A DNA stretch of 64,000 bases from NCBI GenBank assembly GCA_029246685.1, contig JAQWMR010000013.1, positions 11,931 through 75,930 on the forward strand. The letters are read 5' to 3'. This DNA comes from Acidimicrobiales bacterium (lineage in GTDB: Bacteria; Actinomycetota; Acidimicrobiia; Acidimicrobiales; Aldehydirespiratoraceae). How positions within the stretch are numbered: position 1 is the stretch's first letter; each line of letters starts with the position of its first letter. This document shows, one piece after another, positions 1 through 10,211 of the stretch. Below the pieces are notes generated by a model that worked only from the letters and a program-made list of their open reading frames with translations, was not told where the DNA came from and did no database searches. The position numbers and the translations under genes are program-made.

Positions 1-1602
1 AACTCGCGGCGAGCGACCGCGTGCGCTCCGACATGGTGACGCACCTGACATCGGCCTAGGCGCAGGTGGACAGCGACGCGCCAGCGCGGCTCGATCGAGC
101 CGACGGTGACCTGCTTCGCGCGGCGCGCCGAGCAGATCGCCCGGACCCCTGGACAGGGATGCAGGACGTCCCCGCGCGGATCGCCGAACTACGCCAGAGC
201 ATCGTCGCAATGGACGACACCCTCGAGCGCCTCGCGAGCGGCGACCGGCCCGCGCTCGCGGCGGCCGCCGCGTCGGCGCGAGCCGCGATCGTGGGTGTGG
301 ACGGTGGCAAGGCGTCGAGTCCTGAAGCTGCGGCACTTGCGCAGGCATGGCTGGGAGTCCATCAGCGGCTCCGCGGTCTCGAGTCGAAGCAGCAGGCGGC
401 GGAACGGAAGCCGTGGCGGCGCGCCTCGATGAGGCGCGCAACGCGTCGCGAGCAGCCGAGGACGCCGCCGTGCCGCGGCGAGTCACCGGTGAGGAGACCG
501 CCGAGCTCGAGCAGCTCCACGAAGAGATGATCGACGCCGAATCCAAAGCCGGCCGCGGCATGCGCCGTAGTGCGGGCCGTTCGGCGTTCGACAAGGCCGA
601 GGCCGATCTCCAGAGCGCTCTTGCGCCTCTCGGCTATCCGGCCTGGGCCGCGTTCCGCATGGGCAACGGCATGGCGGCCGTGTCGGCCGAAGTCATGGTG
701 GAGTACGACCTCGTTCAGACGGAGCTCGAGGCTGCGGAGGCCGAGTGGGCCGAGTTGATGGCTCGCCTCGAACGCGACACGGAACTCCAGGACGTCCTCG
801 AAGCGATCGACCGTGCCCATGAGCACGCCGTGACCCTTCTCGGGTCCGATCCACTCGCCGACGGTCGTTCGCCCGAGGTCATGGCTGAAGCCTTCCAGGC
901 GCACCTCGTCGATGCGGCCAGCATCGGCATCGACTGAACCGCCGGGATGCATCACCTGCGCGGCGCAATGGCCGAGGCGGGCGCAGCCGGGCACGAGGAG
1001 CTCACGAGCGATCGGTTCGTTGTCGCCCTCGCGGACTCCTGGCTCGGCGTCCTCATGGCAGCCGACGAACTCGCGGTGCGCATCTGCGTGACCGGGAACG
1101 CGCGACGGACGAACTGACTGCGCTCGAGACCCTCGGCGATGGCTCACGAGTCGATCGCCTCGATGAAGAACGAGCGTCTGTTTGCGAAGCAGAGCGGTGC
1201 GTCGCCTTGAATCGCGACGCACTCGCCGAGGTGGTCCAGGCGCGTCTGCAGCTCCATGTGCTCGCTGCTGCCGAGTTGAACCTCGCGGAGGAGCACGATG
1301 ATCGCCTCGTGCAGCGTGAGAGCTCACAGGTCTTGGTCGATCTGGCCTCCCGCCGTCTCGCGGGGCGTGCGTCCGAGGACACAATCTCGGCGCTGGCCGA
1401 TCGTGTGCCGCGTGGCGTCGCCGGCCCGATTCCGGTGGTCGTCGTGATGGGCGATGCTCCGGCTTCGGCCCTCGACCGCCTCGCCGGGCTACCCGACGAC
1501 GTGCAGATCCTCGTCATCGGCGAAGGGTCGGGTGCCGACGAGTGGATCGCCGAGGCCGGCCCCGATGTCGCCGCGATGGTTGACGTCGGCCCGCTCGTCT
1601 GA
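1..1602 (+). pseudogene. Disrupted alanine-rich helical/coiled-coil hypothetical protein (5' end outside window)
   Basis: One coding-like reading is split across three frames: in-frame TAG at 57-59, frameshift near 380-390 (LES|RVEAAGG), in-frame TGA at 935-937, frameshift near 1083, then ORF 1207-1602 to the stop. Confidence 0.75.
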
Positions 1603-1659
1603 ACGGCACGCGTCAGAAACGCGGGTCTTGGCCATAGGCCCGCTCGCTAGCCTGTGTTG

Positions 1660-2838
1660 ATGGAGTTTCGCCGTATCAACGGGCTGCCGCCCTACGTCTT
1701 CACCATCATCGATTCGCTGAAGATCGAAGCCCGGCGAGCAGGCGAGGACGTGATCGACCTCGGCTTCGGCAATCCCGACCTTCCCTCGCCCGACATCGCT
1801 GTCGACAAGCTGATCGAGGCGGCGCAGAACTCGCGTAACCACCGGTACTCCTCGAGCCGGGGCATTCCGAAGCTCCGTGAGGCAGTGGCCGGGCTCTATG
1901 ACCGACGGTTCGGCGTCACCCTCGATCCCGAGACCGAGGTCATCAACACCATCGGCGCCAAAGAGGGATTCAGCCACTTGATGTGGGTGCTCCTGCAGGC
2001 GGGCGATTCGGTGCTCGTTCCGTCTCCGTCGTATCCGATCCATCTGTTCGCGCCGTTGTTCGCGGGGGCCAACGTCCGCGAGATGCCGGTCACCAACGAT
2101 CAGGACGCGTTCCTCAACACACTCCAGGAGCGCTTCGAGTACTCATGGCCCCGCCCGCGAGTGATCGTGCTGTCGTTCCCGCACAACCCCACGACCACCT
2201 GCGTCGACCTCGACTTCATGCAGCGAGTTGTGGACTTCGCCCGCGAGAAAGAGGTCATCCTCGTCCACGACTTCGCCTACGCGGACCTCGGCTACGATGG
2301 TTACAAACCGCCCTCGATTCTCGAAGCAGAGGGAGCCAAGGAGGTCGCGGTCGAGCTCTACTCGATGACGAAGAGTTTCTCGATGGCCGGTTGGCGCGTG
2401 GCGTTCATGGTCGGCAACCCGGAGCTCGTCGCCGCTCTGGGGAAGCTCAAGAGCTATCTCGACTACGGAACGTTCCAGCCCGTGCAGATCGCGGCAACGG
2501 TCACGATGAACGAGGCTCCGGACTACCCGGCAGAGGCGTGCGAGGTCTACGAGAGCCGGCGCAACACGCTGATCGATGGCCTCGCCCGGATCGGCTGGGA
2601 CGTCCCGGCGCCGCGCGGCACCATGTTCACCTGGGCAGAGATTCCCGAGCCCTATGCCGAGATGGGCAGCGTGGAGTTCGCCTCGATGCTCGTGCGCGAC
2701 GCCGGCGTGGCGCTGTCGCCTGGCGTCGGCTTCGGCCCGGGCGGTGAGGGTCATGTGCGGTTCGCGCTGATCGAGAACGAGCACCGGATCAATCAGGCCA
2801 CCCGCAACCTCGGTCGCGCGCTCACAAAGCTCGGCTAA
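1660..2838 (+). CDS. alaC: PLP-dependent class I/II aminotransferase, AlaC/YfdZ-like alanine transaminase
   Basis: EFRRINGLPPYVF N-terminus, DLGFGNPD, FPHNPT, DFAY and SMTKSFSMAGWR (PLP lysine). Confidence 0.85.
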   Translation: MEFRRINGLPPYVFTIIDSLKIEARRAGEDVIDLGFGNPDLPSPDIAVDKLIEAAQNSRNHRYSSSRGIPKLREAVAGLYDRRFGVTLDPETEVINTIGAKEGFSHLMWVLLQAGDSVLVPSPSYPIHLFAPLFAGANVREMPVTNDQDAFLNTLQERFEYSWPRPRVIVLSFPHNPTTTCVDLDFMQRVVDFAREKEVILVHDFAYADLGYDGYKPPSILEAEGAKEVAVELYSMTKSFSMAGWRVAFMVGNPELVAALGKLKSYLDYGTFQPVQIAATVTMNEAPDYPAEACEVYESRRNTLIDGLARIGWDVPAPRGTMFTWAEIPEPYAEMGSVEFASMLVRDAGVALSPGVGFGPGGEGHVRFALIENEHRINQATRNLGRALTKLG

Positions 2839-2892
2839 CCGCTGCACTTGGGGTCAGACCCCCGCTGCACTTGGGGTCTGACCCCAAGTGCA
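2839..2892. repeat. REP-like palindromic tandem repeat filling the gap between convergent alaC and glpK
   Basis: Two 23-nt units CCGCTGCACTTGGGGTC(A/T)GACCC at 2839-2861 and 2862-2884; perfect 13-bp inverted repeat TGCACTTGGGGTC-T-GACCCCAAGTGCA at 2866-2892. Confidence 0.85.
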
Positions 2893-4374
2893 TCAGCTCA
2901 GGTCCCAGTCTCGGCTTCGTTCGACCGCGCGCAGCCACGTTGCGTAGCCCGCTTCGGCCGCGTCGCGATCGTCGGCCGGCGTGAAGGTGCCGTCGGCAGC
3001 CCAGTTCGCGGCGACGTCGTCGACACCCGACCAGACGCCCTCTGCAATGCCGGCGAGGTAGGCCGCACCGAGCGCGGTGGTCTCCGCCACGGAGGCCCGC
3101 ACGACCGGCACGTCGAGTTGGTCGGCTTGGAACTGCAGCAGCACGTCCATGACGGACGCGCCGCCGTCCACTCGCAGCTCCGTGAGCGCGGTGCCGGATG
3201 CGGCCGCCATCGCGTCGACGACGTCTCGCGATTGGTATGCCATCGACTCCATGGTGGCTCGCACGATCTCGGCCCGGCCCGTGCCTCGGGTCAGCCCGAC
3301 GATCGTTCCGCGCGCACGTGGATCCCAATAGGGCGCGCCGAGGCCGGCCAGGGCCGGCACGAAGACCACGCCACCCGTGTCGTCCACCGACTCGGCGAGC
3401 GGTCCGGTCTCTGCTGCATCGTCGATGATCCCGAGCCCGTCGCGCAGCCACTGAATCGCCGCCCCGGTCGCGAAGATCGCGCCCTCGTAGGCGTAGGTGG
3501 TCTCCGGTCCGTTCGGTCCGTCGAGCGTCCACGCCACCGTCGTGAGAAGGCCATCGACGGGGTCTGGACAAGACGTGCCGACGTTCATCAGCACGAACGA
3601 ACCGGTGCCGTAGGTGTTCTTGGCCTGTCCGGGAGCGAAGCATGCTTGGCCGAACAGCGCCGCCTGCTGGTCGCCCGCGATGCCGCTGACCGGTATGCCA
3701 GCCCCCGTCGGGATGTCGCTGGTCGTCACGCCGAAACGACCGGACGACGGTCGGACTTCGGGAAGGACACCGAGCGGCACACCGAGGAGGTCACACATCT
3801 CGGGTGACCACTCGTTTGCCGTGATGTCGTAGAGCATCGTGCGGCTGGCGTTGGAGGCATCGGTGACGTGCTCGCCGCCGGTCAGCTTCCAAACGAGCCA
3901 GGAATCGATCGTGCCGAACACCAGGCTGTCGTCCGCTTCAACGCCTCCCTCGGTCAGCAGCCATTCGACCTTGGTTCCCGAAAAGTAGGGGTCGAGGACG
4001 AGGCCGGTGGTTCGACGCACGACGTCGAGTGCGCCATCGGCGGTGAGTTCCTCGCACCGGCTGGCGGTCCGGCGGTCCTGCCAGACGATGGCGTTGTGGC
4101 GGGGGCGTCCGGTGACCCGATCCCACAGGACGACCGTCTCGCGCTGGTCCGTGATGCCGATCGCGGCGATCGGCTGGTCGAGCGCCGACACCAACTCGGC
4201 GAGGGTGGCGACGACGGCATCCCAGATTTCGTCGGCGTCGTGTTCAACCCAACCGGGCCGGGGGAAGCGCTGCGTGAACTCTCGATAGGTGACGCCCACG
4301 GGTGTGCCCCGTTCGTCGATGGCGAACGACCGTACGCCGGTGGTTCCCGCGTCGATGGCGATGACGATTCCCAT
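2893..4374 (-). CDS. glpK: Glycerol kinase
   Basis: IDAGTTG, PGWVEHD, NAIVWQDRRT, DPYFSGTK, GDQQAALFGQ, KNTYGTG, GLGAPYWD; start reset to MGIVIAID (ATG at 4374). Confidence 0.95.
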   Translation of the reverse strand: MGIVIAIDAGTTGVRSFAIDERGTPVGVTYREFTQRFPRPGWVEHDADEIWDAVVATLAELVSALDQPIAAIGITDQRETVVLWDRVTGRPRHNAIVWQDRRTASRCEELTADGALDVVRRTTGLVLDPYFSGTKVEWLLTEGGVEADDSLVFGTIDSWLVWKLTGGEHVTDASNASRTMLYDITANEWSPEMCDLLGVPLGVLPEVRPSSGRFGVTTSDIPTGAGIPVSGIAGDQQAALFGQACFAPGQAKNTYGTGSFVLMNVGTSCPDPVDGLLTTVAWTLDGPNGPETTYAYEGAIFATGAAIQWLRDGLGIIDDAAETGPLAESVDDTGGVVFVPALAGLGAPYWDPRARGTIVGLTRGTGRAEIVRATMESMAYQSRDVVDAMAAASGTALTELRVDGGASVMDVLLQFQADQLDVPVVRASVAETTALGAAYLAGIAEGVWSGVDDVAANWAADGTFTPADDRDAAEAGYATWLRAVERSRDWDLS

Positions 4375-4435
4375 GGGCGGCGACCCTACCCCTCGGCGCT
4401 GACTACGATCCGGCTCTCGCGACGAGGGAGAACCG

Positions 4436-5464
4436 ATGCGAGTCGGGGTGCTGACAGGTGGGGGCGATTGTCCGGGACTGAACGCGGTGATCCGCGGTGT
4501 GGTGCGCAAGGCAGAGCACGACTTCGGCGACGAGGTCGTCGGTTTCCTCGACGGCTATCTCGGCATTCTCGAGGACCGCACGATGCCGCTCGACGTAGCG
4601 GCCTGCCGAGGCATCCTGCCTCGGGGCGGGACGATCCTCGGTACGTCCCGCCACACCCCGTACATGGTCGACGACGGCCTCGACACCGTGAAGGCCACGA
4701 TGGCTCGCCACGACATCGAGGTCTTGATCGTCATCGGCGGTGAGGGAACGCTCTCCTGCGCGAATCGGCTACAGGGGGACGGCGTTCCGGTCGTCGGTGT
4801 CCCGAAGACCATCGACAACGATGTCGGCGGGACCGAGATGACCTTCGGGTTCGACACTGCCGTGCAGATCGCCACTGACGCGATCGACCGTCTCCACACC
4901 ACTGCGGAGTCGCACGACCGGGTGATGGTCGTGGAGGTGATGGGCCGCCACGTCGGCCACATCGCGACGTGGGCCGGGATCGCCGGCGGCGCCACCGTCA
5001 CGCTCGTCCCCGAGGAACCGTTCGACATCGCCGCAGTGTGCGACTCGCTGAAACGCCGCCACGAACGGGGCCGCTTCGCGTCGATCGTCGTGGTCGCTGA
5101 GGGGGCGATTCCTGCCGAGGGCACGATCAGCATCCCCGATCCAACGGTGGACGAGTACGGCCATCAGCGACTCGGCGGCATCGTCAACGTCGTCGCCTCG
5201 GAGATCGAGGCACGAACCGGGTTCGAGACCCGAGTGACGGTGCTCGGCCACGTGCAGCGGGGCGGCACCCCGACGAGCTTCGATCGCGTGCTGTCCACCT
5301 GGTACGGCGTGGCGGCGATGGAGGCCGCGCATGACCGTGACTTCGGCACGATGGTCGCGCTTCGCAACGGCGAGGTGGTGCGAGCGCCGCTGGCCGAATG
5401 CATCGCCGAGCTGAAGTACACGCATCCGGATCTGCTCGCCGCGATGCGGACCTTCTTCGGCTGA
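4436..5464 (+). CDS. pfkA: 6-phosphofructokinase
   Basis: GVLTGGGDCPGLNAVIR, GGTILGTSR, PKTIDND, EVMGRH, LGHVQRGG. Confidence 0.95.
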   Translation: MRVGVLTGGGDCPGLNAVIRGVVRKAEHDFGDEVVGFLDGYLGILEDRTMPLDVAACRGILPRGGTILGTSRHTPYMVDDGLDTVKATMARHDIEVLIVIGGEGTLSCANRLQGDGVPVVGVPKTIDNDVGGTEMTFGFDTAVQIATDAIDRLHTTAESHDRVMVVEVMGRHVGHIATWAGIAGGATVTLVPEEPFDIAAVCDSLKRRHERGRFASIVVVAEGAIPAEGTISIPDPTVDEYGHQRLGGIVNVVASEIEARTGFETRVTVLGHVQRGGTPTSFDRVLSTWYGVAAMEAAHDRDFGTMVALRNGEVVRAPLAECIAELKYTHPDLLAAMRTFFG

Positions 5465-5476
5465 CCCGTCGGCCCG

Positions 5477-6154
5477 CTATTCGTCCGGCGGGACGGTGGT
5501 GGTGGTTGTCGTGCTGGTCGTCGAAGTCGTCTCGTCCGGTGGCTCGTCGGGGGCTTCGGCGTCGTAGATCCGGTAGTCGTCACGGCTGAGCAACTCGTCC
5601 GTCTGCCCTTCCTGGGTCGGGATGTCCTGCGTCTCACCGTCGATGACGAACTCGATGAGCTCGATTCCGTCGACGCCGGTGAGCGTCCAGACCAGTTGAG
5701 CGGCGACGTCCACCAGCTGTGAATTGTCAGGCGGCTCGACCTCGGGATCGATCGTGAGCGCGACGGTTGCGGTGGACGCCTCGGGGGTGAACGTCACGCT
5801 CTCCACCTCGTATAGCCGGACCCGGTTGATCGTCACGTCCGGGTCGGCACCGATGCTCTCCGGGAAGCCCTCGACCGCCATGGCGGCGATCGTCACGCTG
5901 ATCGACTGTGACTCCGGAATTGCGACGACGACCTGCTGAAGCTTGCGGCCCTCCTCGGTATCGACGAGGAGGTAGTACGCGAAGTCGACTGTCAGCGGCG
6001 GTGGAAGCGTGGTGGAGGAGGTGGTCGTGGTCACCCGTTGCAGCGCACCGTCCAGGCGTTCCTGATCGATGATCTGCGCGCTCTCGTCATTAGGCAGCGA
6101 GCATGCGGCCGCGACCAGCATCAGAGACGCGAGGGCCAAGAGGGGCCGTCTCAT
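5477..6154 (-). CDS. GerMN-domain lipoprotein (short LpqB-like) associated with the two-component system
   Basis: Lipobox LVAAAC, AAQLVWTLT GerMN-like motif, Thr-rich linkers; overlaps the kinase stop codon. Confidence 0.75.
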   Translation of the reverse strand: MRRPLLALASLMLVAAACSLPNDESAQIIDQERLDGALQRVTTTTSSTTLPPPLTVDFAYYLLVDTEEGRKLQQVVVAIPESQSISVTIAAMAVEGFPESIGADPDVTINRVRLYEVESVTFTPEASTATVALTIDPEVEPPDNSQLVDVAAQLVWTLTGVDGIELIEFVIDGETQDIPTQEGQTDELLSRDDYRIYDAEAPDEPPDETTSTTSTTTTTTVPPDE

Positions 6155-7569
6155 TCGAAGTCCTCTCCGACCGGATCGCCGATCGGCAATGTGATCACGA
6201 ACCGAGCGCCTCGATTGCCGTCGAGGCGATCCTCCACCCAGATGCGCCCGCCGTGAAGACCGACGTGTTCGGCGACGAGCGACAGGCCCAAACCGCTACC
6301 CGTGTCGTAGCCCCGGCGCCCGCCCGAGGACCCTCGACTGAACCGGTCGAAGATGATCTCTCGTTCTGCCTCGGCCACACCGGGGCCTTCGTCTTCGATC
6401 GCGAGGATCGCGGCTTCGCCGTAGGTCGAGATCTGCACCTCGATGCCGCCGCTGCCGTACTTGTCGGCGTTCTCGATCAGGTTCGCGATGACCTGCGCGA
6501 GCCTTCGCTTGTCGGCGGAGACCACAAGATCCCCGACGTCCGGCGTTGCGACGACGAGCGAGTCGGGTCTGGTCGAGTGCGTCACCGCCTGACGCACGAA
6601 CTCGACGAAGTGCAGCGGCTGACTCTGTAGCGATGCGGTGCCGACGTCGAAGCGGCTGATCTCGAGTAGATCCTCGACCAATTGAGTGAAGCGCTGGATG
6701 TCGTCGTTGAGGAGCCCGAGTGCCTGTTGTCCACGCTCGGGCATCGAGTCGCGGTTGTTGTTGAGCACTTCCACGGACGCGCTGAGGGTCATGAGCGGCG
6801 AACGCAGTTCGTGGCTCACCTCGCTCGCGAAGCGCGCATCGCGTTCGATTCGGTCCTCCAGCGATTGGGCCATGCCGTTGAATGACGCGGCGAGTGACGC
6901 GAGGTCGGCGTCGGCCGGGGCCTGGAGTCGGGTGTCGAGCTCACCGGCCGCGAGTGACGCGGCGACGCGGCGAACGTCGCCGACGGGGGAGAGGGCACGT
7001 CCCGCGGCCCAGGCACCGAGCGCCGCGGCGAGCAGGGTCGTGGCGAAGCTTGCCGCGACCAGCACGACGCCGATCGACGAGAGAGTGTCTTCGACGTCGT
7101 CGAGAAAGAGCGCTTCGTAGTAGTCCGCATCGCGGCTGGAGTTCGTGAGCCGGATCCCGGAGATGATCGCGGGAACACCGTCGATCGTCGTCCGCATCGC
7201 CGCCGCGTTGTCCGCCTCGACGAGGGAGAGGAGGCTGTCCGGAACGCCGTCGGTGTCGAACCGGGTGCTGTTGCGTCCGGTCCAGATGTCGTCGACCCGA
7301 AGGAGCGGGAACGCCCCGCGTGACGTGGACAGAGACTCGATGATGGCGTCGATCGCCTCCTGGTCCGCGTCTTCGGTCAGCTGCGCCTGGACATCGAGAC
7401 CGTTGCTCGTGAATGACGCGAAGGCGGTGTCGTCTCGTTGATCGAGAAGGTTCTGGCGGGTGAAGGTGAGCGTGGTCAGGCTCAAGACGATCGAGAGCAA
7501 GAGCCCGCCGAACGCGAAGATGAAGGTGACACGGGCTCGAAGGCCGAGGCGTTCCCATCTCGACCGCAT
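6151..7569 (-). CDS. HAMP-domain sensor histidine kinase (MtrB-like)
   Basis: Two TM segments, HAMP, H-box VSHELRSPL, N-box NLIENADKY, G1 DEGPG, G2 GSGLGL. Confidence 0.93.
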   Translation of the reverse strand: MRSRWERLGLRARVTFIFAFGGLLLSIVLSLTTLTFTRQNLLDQRDDTAFASFTSNGLDVQAQLTEDADQEAIDAIIESLSTSRGAFPLLRVDDIWTGRNSTRFDTDGVPDSLLSLVEADNAAAMRTTIDGVPAIISGIRLTNSSRDADYYEALFLDDVEDTLSSIGVVLVAASFATTLLAAALGAWAAGRALSPVGDVRRVAASLAAGELDTRLQAPADADLASLAASFNGMAQSLEDRIERDARFASEVSHELRSPLMTLSASVEVLNNNRDSMPERGQQALGLLNDDIQRFTQLVEDLLEISRFDVGTASLQSQPLHFVEFVRQAVTHSTRPDSLVVATPDVGDLVVSADKRRLAQVIANLIENADKYGSGGIEVQISTYGEAAILAIEDEGPGVAEAEREIIFDRFSRGSSGGRRGYDTGSGLGLSLVAEHVGLHGGRIWVEDRLDGNRGARFVITLPIGDPVGEDFE

Positions 7570-7575
7570 CGCCTG

Positions 7576-8256
7576 TCAGGCCTGCAGCTTGTAACCGAGC
7601 CCTCGGACCGTGACGACGTAGCGGGGGTTCGCGGCGTCTGGCTCGATCTTCGTGCGCAACCTGCGAATGTGGACGTCCACCAGTCGGCCGTCGCCGAAGT
7701 AGCCGTATCCCCACACCCGGTCCAGCAGAACTTCGCGGGAGAACACCCGGCCGGCATTCGAGGCGAGCTCGACGAGAAGCCGGAACTCGGTCTTGGTGAG
7801 GTGGACGTCTTCTGCGCTGACTCGCACGACACCTTCGTCCGGGATGATCTCCAATTCGCCGAAGACCATCTGGCGACTACCGGCATCCGTGGACCGAACC
7901 CGCCGCAGCAGCGCTCGAATGCGGGCCGACAGCTCCTTCGGGGCATGGGGTTTCGTGAGGTAGTCGTCCGCACCGGCTTCGAGACCGGCGACGACATCGT
8001 GGGTGTCGGCGCGGGCCGTGACCATCACGATCGGGACGTCGGAGATCTTGCGGATCGCTCGGCAGACCTCGAACCCGTCCATGCCCGGAAGCATGATGTC
8101 GATCAGTACGACGTCGGCGGGGTCGTGCCCGAACGCCAGGAGCGCGTCCTCGCCCGACTCGGCTTCGATGACCTCGTAGCCCTCGTCTTCGAGGGCGAGC
8201 CGGACCGAGGTCCGGATTCGCTCATCGTCCTCAACGGTAAGAATTCGGCTTCCCAC
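7576..8256 (-). CDS. OmpR/PhoB-family response regulator (MtrA-like)
   Basis: ILTVEDD, DIMLPGMDG, GADDYLTKP, winged helix RLVDVHIRRLRTKIE, TVRGLGYK. Confidence 0.95.
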   Translation of the reverse strand: MGSRILTVEDDERIRTSVRLALEDEGYEVIEAESGEDALLAFGHDPADVVLIDIMLPGMDGFEVCRAIRKISDVPIVMVTARADTHDVVAGLEAGADDYLTKPHAPKELSARIRALLRRVRSTDAGSRQMVFGELEIIPDEGVVRVSAEDVHLTKTEFRLLVELASNAGRVFSREVLLDRVWGYGYFGDGRLVDVHIRRLRTKIEPDAANPRYVVTVRGLGYKLQA

Positions 8257-8310
8257 GGCCGCGATGGTGCCAGATTCAGGCGGCCCGCGGGGACCACCAC
8301 CCCAATCTCG

Positions 8311-9099
8311 TCAGCCGCGGTGGGCGCCGGCGTGATCGAGGAGGCTGAAGAACGGCTCCGCGATGGCGGGTGTTGCACCGGCCAACGCGCCGCCGGCTGC
8401 CATCCGATCATCGAGAATCGCTCCGGCCTCAGCGGCGATCAGCGCTCCTGCCGCAAAGTCCCACGGGCTGAGCCCGAGCTCGTAGTACGCGTCGACGCGC
8501 CCGCACGCGAGTGCGCACAGATCGATCGCCGCGCCGCCGAGACGTCGAATGTCGCGCACCGCGGGGAGGACGCCGACGAGCGTCTCCGCCTGTGTGCGGC
8601 GTCGGGTCGCGTCGTAGGAGAAGCCCGTGGCAACCAGCGCAGTTGCTAGGTCGATGTTGCCGCTGACCTGGATCGATCGACCGTCGCGGCTCGCGCCCTC
8701 GCCCCGGACGGCTCGGAATCGTTCGTCGCGAACGAGGTCATGTACTGCGCCGACGGCGCGCTCCCCGTCGATCGTCGCGGCGACGGAGACGGAGCTGCCC
8801 GGTAGGTCATAGACGAAGTTCGTGGTGCCATCGATCGGGTCGAGCAGCCAGACAACTCCAGTCTGACCCTCGACCGAGGCCCCTTCCTCGCCGATGAATC
8901 CATCGCCAGGCCGGGCCGCGGTGATCAGAGCGACCATCGTCTCCTCGCTCCACCGGTCGCACTCCGTCACGAGATCAGTGGCGGACGACTTGGTTTCCGT
9001 GGCGAGGTCCGTGCGCTGGTGGGCGGCGCGCAGCCGGGGCACAACTGCGTCGATCGCGGCGTTGGCGATCTCGGCGAGTTCGCCGGGGTTCGTGCTCAT
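8311..9099 (-). CDS. suhB: Inositol monophosphatase family protein (SuhB-like)
   Basis: DLVTECD, GEEG, WLLDPIDGTTNF, RRLGGAAIDL, WDFAAG; start reset to MSTNPG (9099). Confidence 0.88.
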   Translation of the reverse strand: MSTNPGELAEIANAAIDAVVPRLRAAHQRTDLATETKSSATDLVTECDRWSEETMVALITAARPGDGFIGEEGASVEGQTGVVWLLDPIDGTTNFVYDLPGSSVSVAATIDGERAVGAVHDLVRDERFRAVRGEGASRDGRSIQVSGNIDLATALVATGFSYDATRRRTQAETLVGVLPAVRDIRRLGGAAIDLCALACGRVDAYYELGLSPWDFAAGALIAAEAGAILDDRMAAGGALAGATPAIAEPFFSLLDHAGAHRG

Positions 9100-9404
9100 T
9101 CTGCGCCCGGTAGACGATGGGCGCGTTCCATTGCTTCCTTGGCTCGCCATTCGGCCATCGCCCGCAGCGCGAGCACTGCCACGATGGCGACGCCGACAGC
9201 GCAACCGATCGCGCTCGCGAGGCCGACGGCGCTCGCGGCTCCGGTACAACCATCCGTGCACGAGATGTCGGTCACGGCGAAGCCGATCAGCCCGCCGCAG
9301 AGGCCGCCGATGAGGATCGCGAGAACGGCGAGCACGCGGGCGAGCAGCGGCGGCGCCGCGCTGGCCGGAATGTTCGCGCTCGGGACGGCAGGATCGGACG
9401 CCAC
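9096..9404 (-). CDS. Small two-TM membrane protein
   Basis: Two hydrophobic helices with a CxxxC loop; stop overlaps the suhB ATG; TAGAGT -10 just upstream of the start. Confidence 0.75.
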   Translation of the reverse strand: MASDPAVPSANIPASAAPPLLARVLAVLAILIGGLCGGLIGFAVTDISCTDGCTGAASAVGLASAIGCAVGVAIVAVLALRAMAEWRAKEAMERAHRLPGAE

Positions 9405-9470
9405 GGCCGGAACTCTACCGAGCCGAGATGGGCGTGACCGTGCCGGGCTTCCCCCTAGAGTGGCCCGCCA

Positions 9471-10193
9471 GTGCGTGCCCTCGTCGTGATTCCGACATTC
9501 AACGAAGCAGCGAACATCGAAGAGGTGCTTCGCCGTCTCCGTGACGCGTGCCCGAAGGCCAATGTCCTGGTCGTCGACGACGCCTCACCGGACGGCACCG
9601 CGGACCTGGCTGAGGGCGTGGCCGTCGAACTCGGCGACATCGAAGTCATGCGCCGGCCGGGGAAATCCGGACTCGGATCGGCCTACCGGGACGGCTTTCG
9701 CCACGGCCTCGTGAACGGGTTCGACATCCTGGTCGAAATGGACAGCGACCTGCAGCATGATCCTGCCGCGCTGCCCTCGCTACTCGAAGGAGTCGAAGGC
9801 GGCGCCGATCTCGTGATCGGGAGCCGCTACGTGCCTGGCGGGTCCATTCCGGACTGGACATGGCACCGCCGCGCGCTGTCGCGGTGGGGGAACCGCTACG
9901 CCGCCACCGTGCTGGGCTTCGGGGTGCGCGATGCGACGAGCGGCTACCGCGCCTACGCGGCGGGCGCCTTGGCCGAGATCGACTTCCAGACCGTCCGGGC
10001 AGACGGCTACGGCTTCCAGATCGAGATGGCGCACCGCGTGCTCCAGTCCGGCGGCCACGTCACCGAGGTGCCGATCAAGTTCGGCGACCGGGAGCGGGGC
10101 GAGTCGAAGATGTCGAGCCGCATCGTGGTCGAGGCGTTGGTCCTCGTCACGTGGTGGGGCGTACGCGATCGCGTACTCAGATTCCGTCGCTGA
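9471..10193 (+). CDS. ppm1: Polyprenol monophosphomannose synthase (GT2)
   Basis: VVIPTFNE, VVDDASPDGT, GLGSAY, EMDSDLQH, GSRYVPGG, DATSGYRAY, GYGFQIEM. Confidence 0.9.
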   Translation: MRALVVIPTFNEAANIEEVLRRLRDACPKANVLVVDDASPDGTADLAEGVAVELGDIEVMRRPGKSGLGSAYRDGFRHGLVNGFDILVEMDSDLQHDPAALPSLLEGVEGGADLVIGSRYVPGGSIPDWTWHRRALSRWGNRYAATVLGFGVRDATSGYRAYAAGALAEIDFQTVRADGYGFQIEMAHRVLQSGGHVTEVPIKFGDRERGESKMSSRIVVEALVLVTWWGVRDRVLRFRR

Positions 10194-10211
10194 CCGCCGA
10201 TGGATCGGGGT

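Noticed and set aside
2839..2892. Possible mini CRISPR array
   Set aside because: Units are directly adjacent with no spacers, and there are no cas genes
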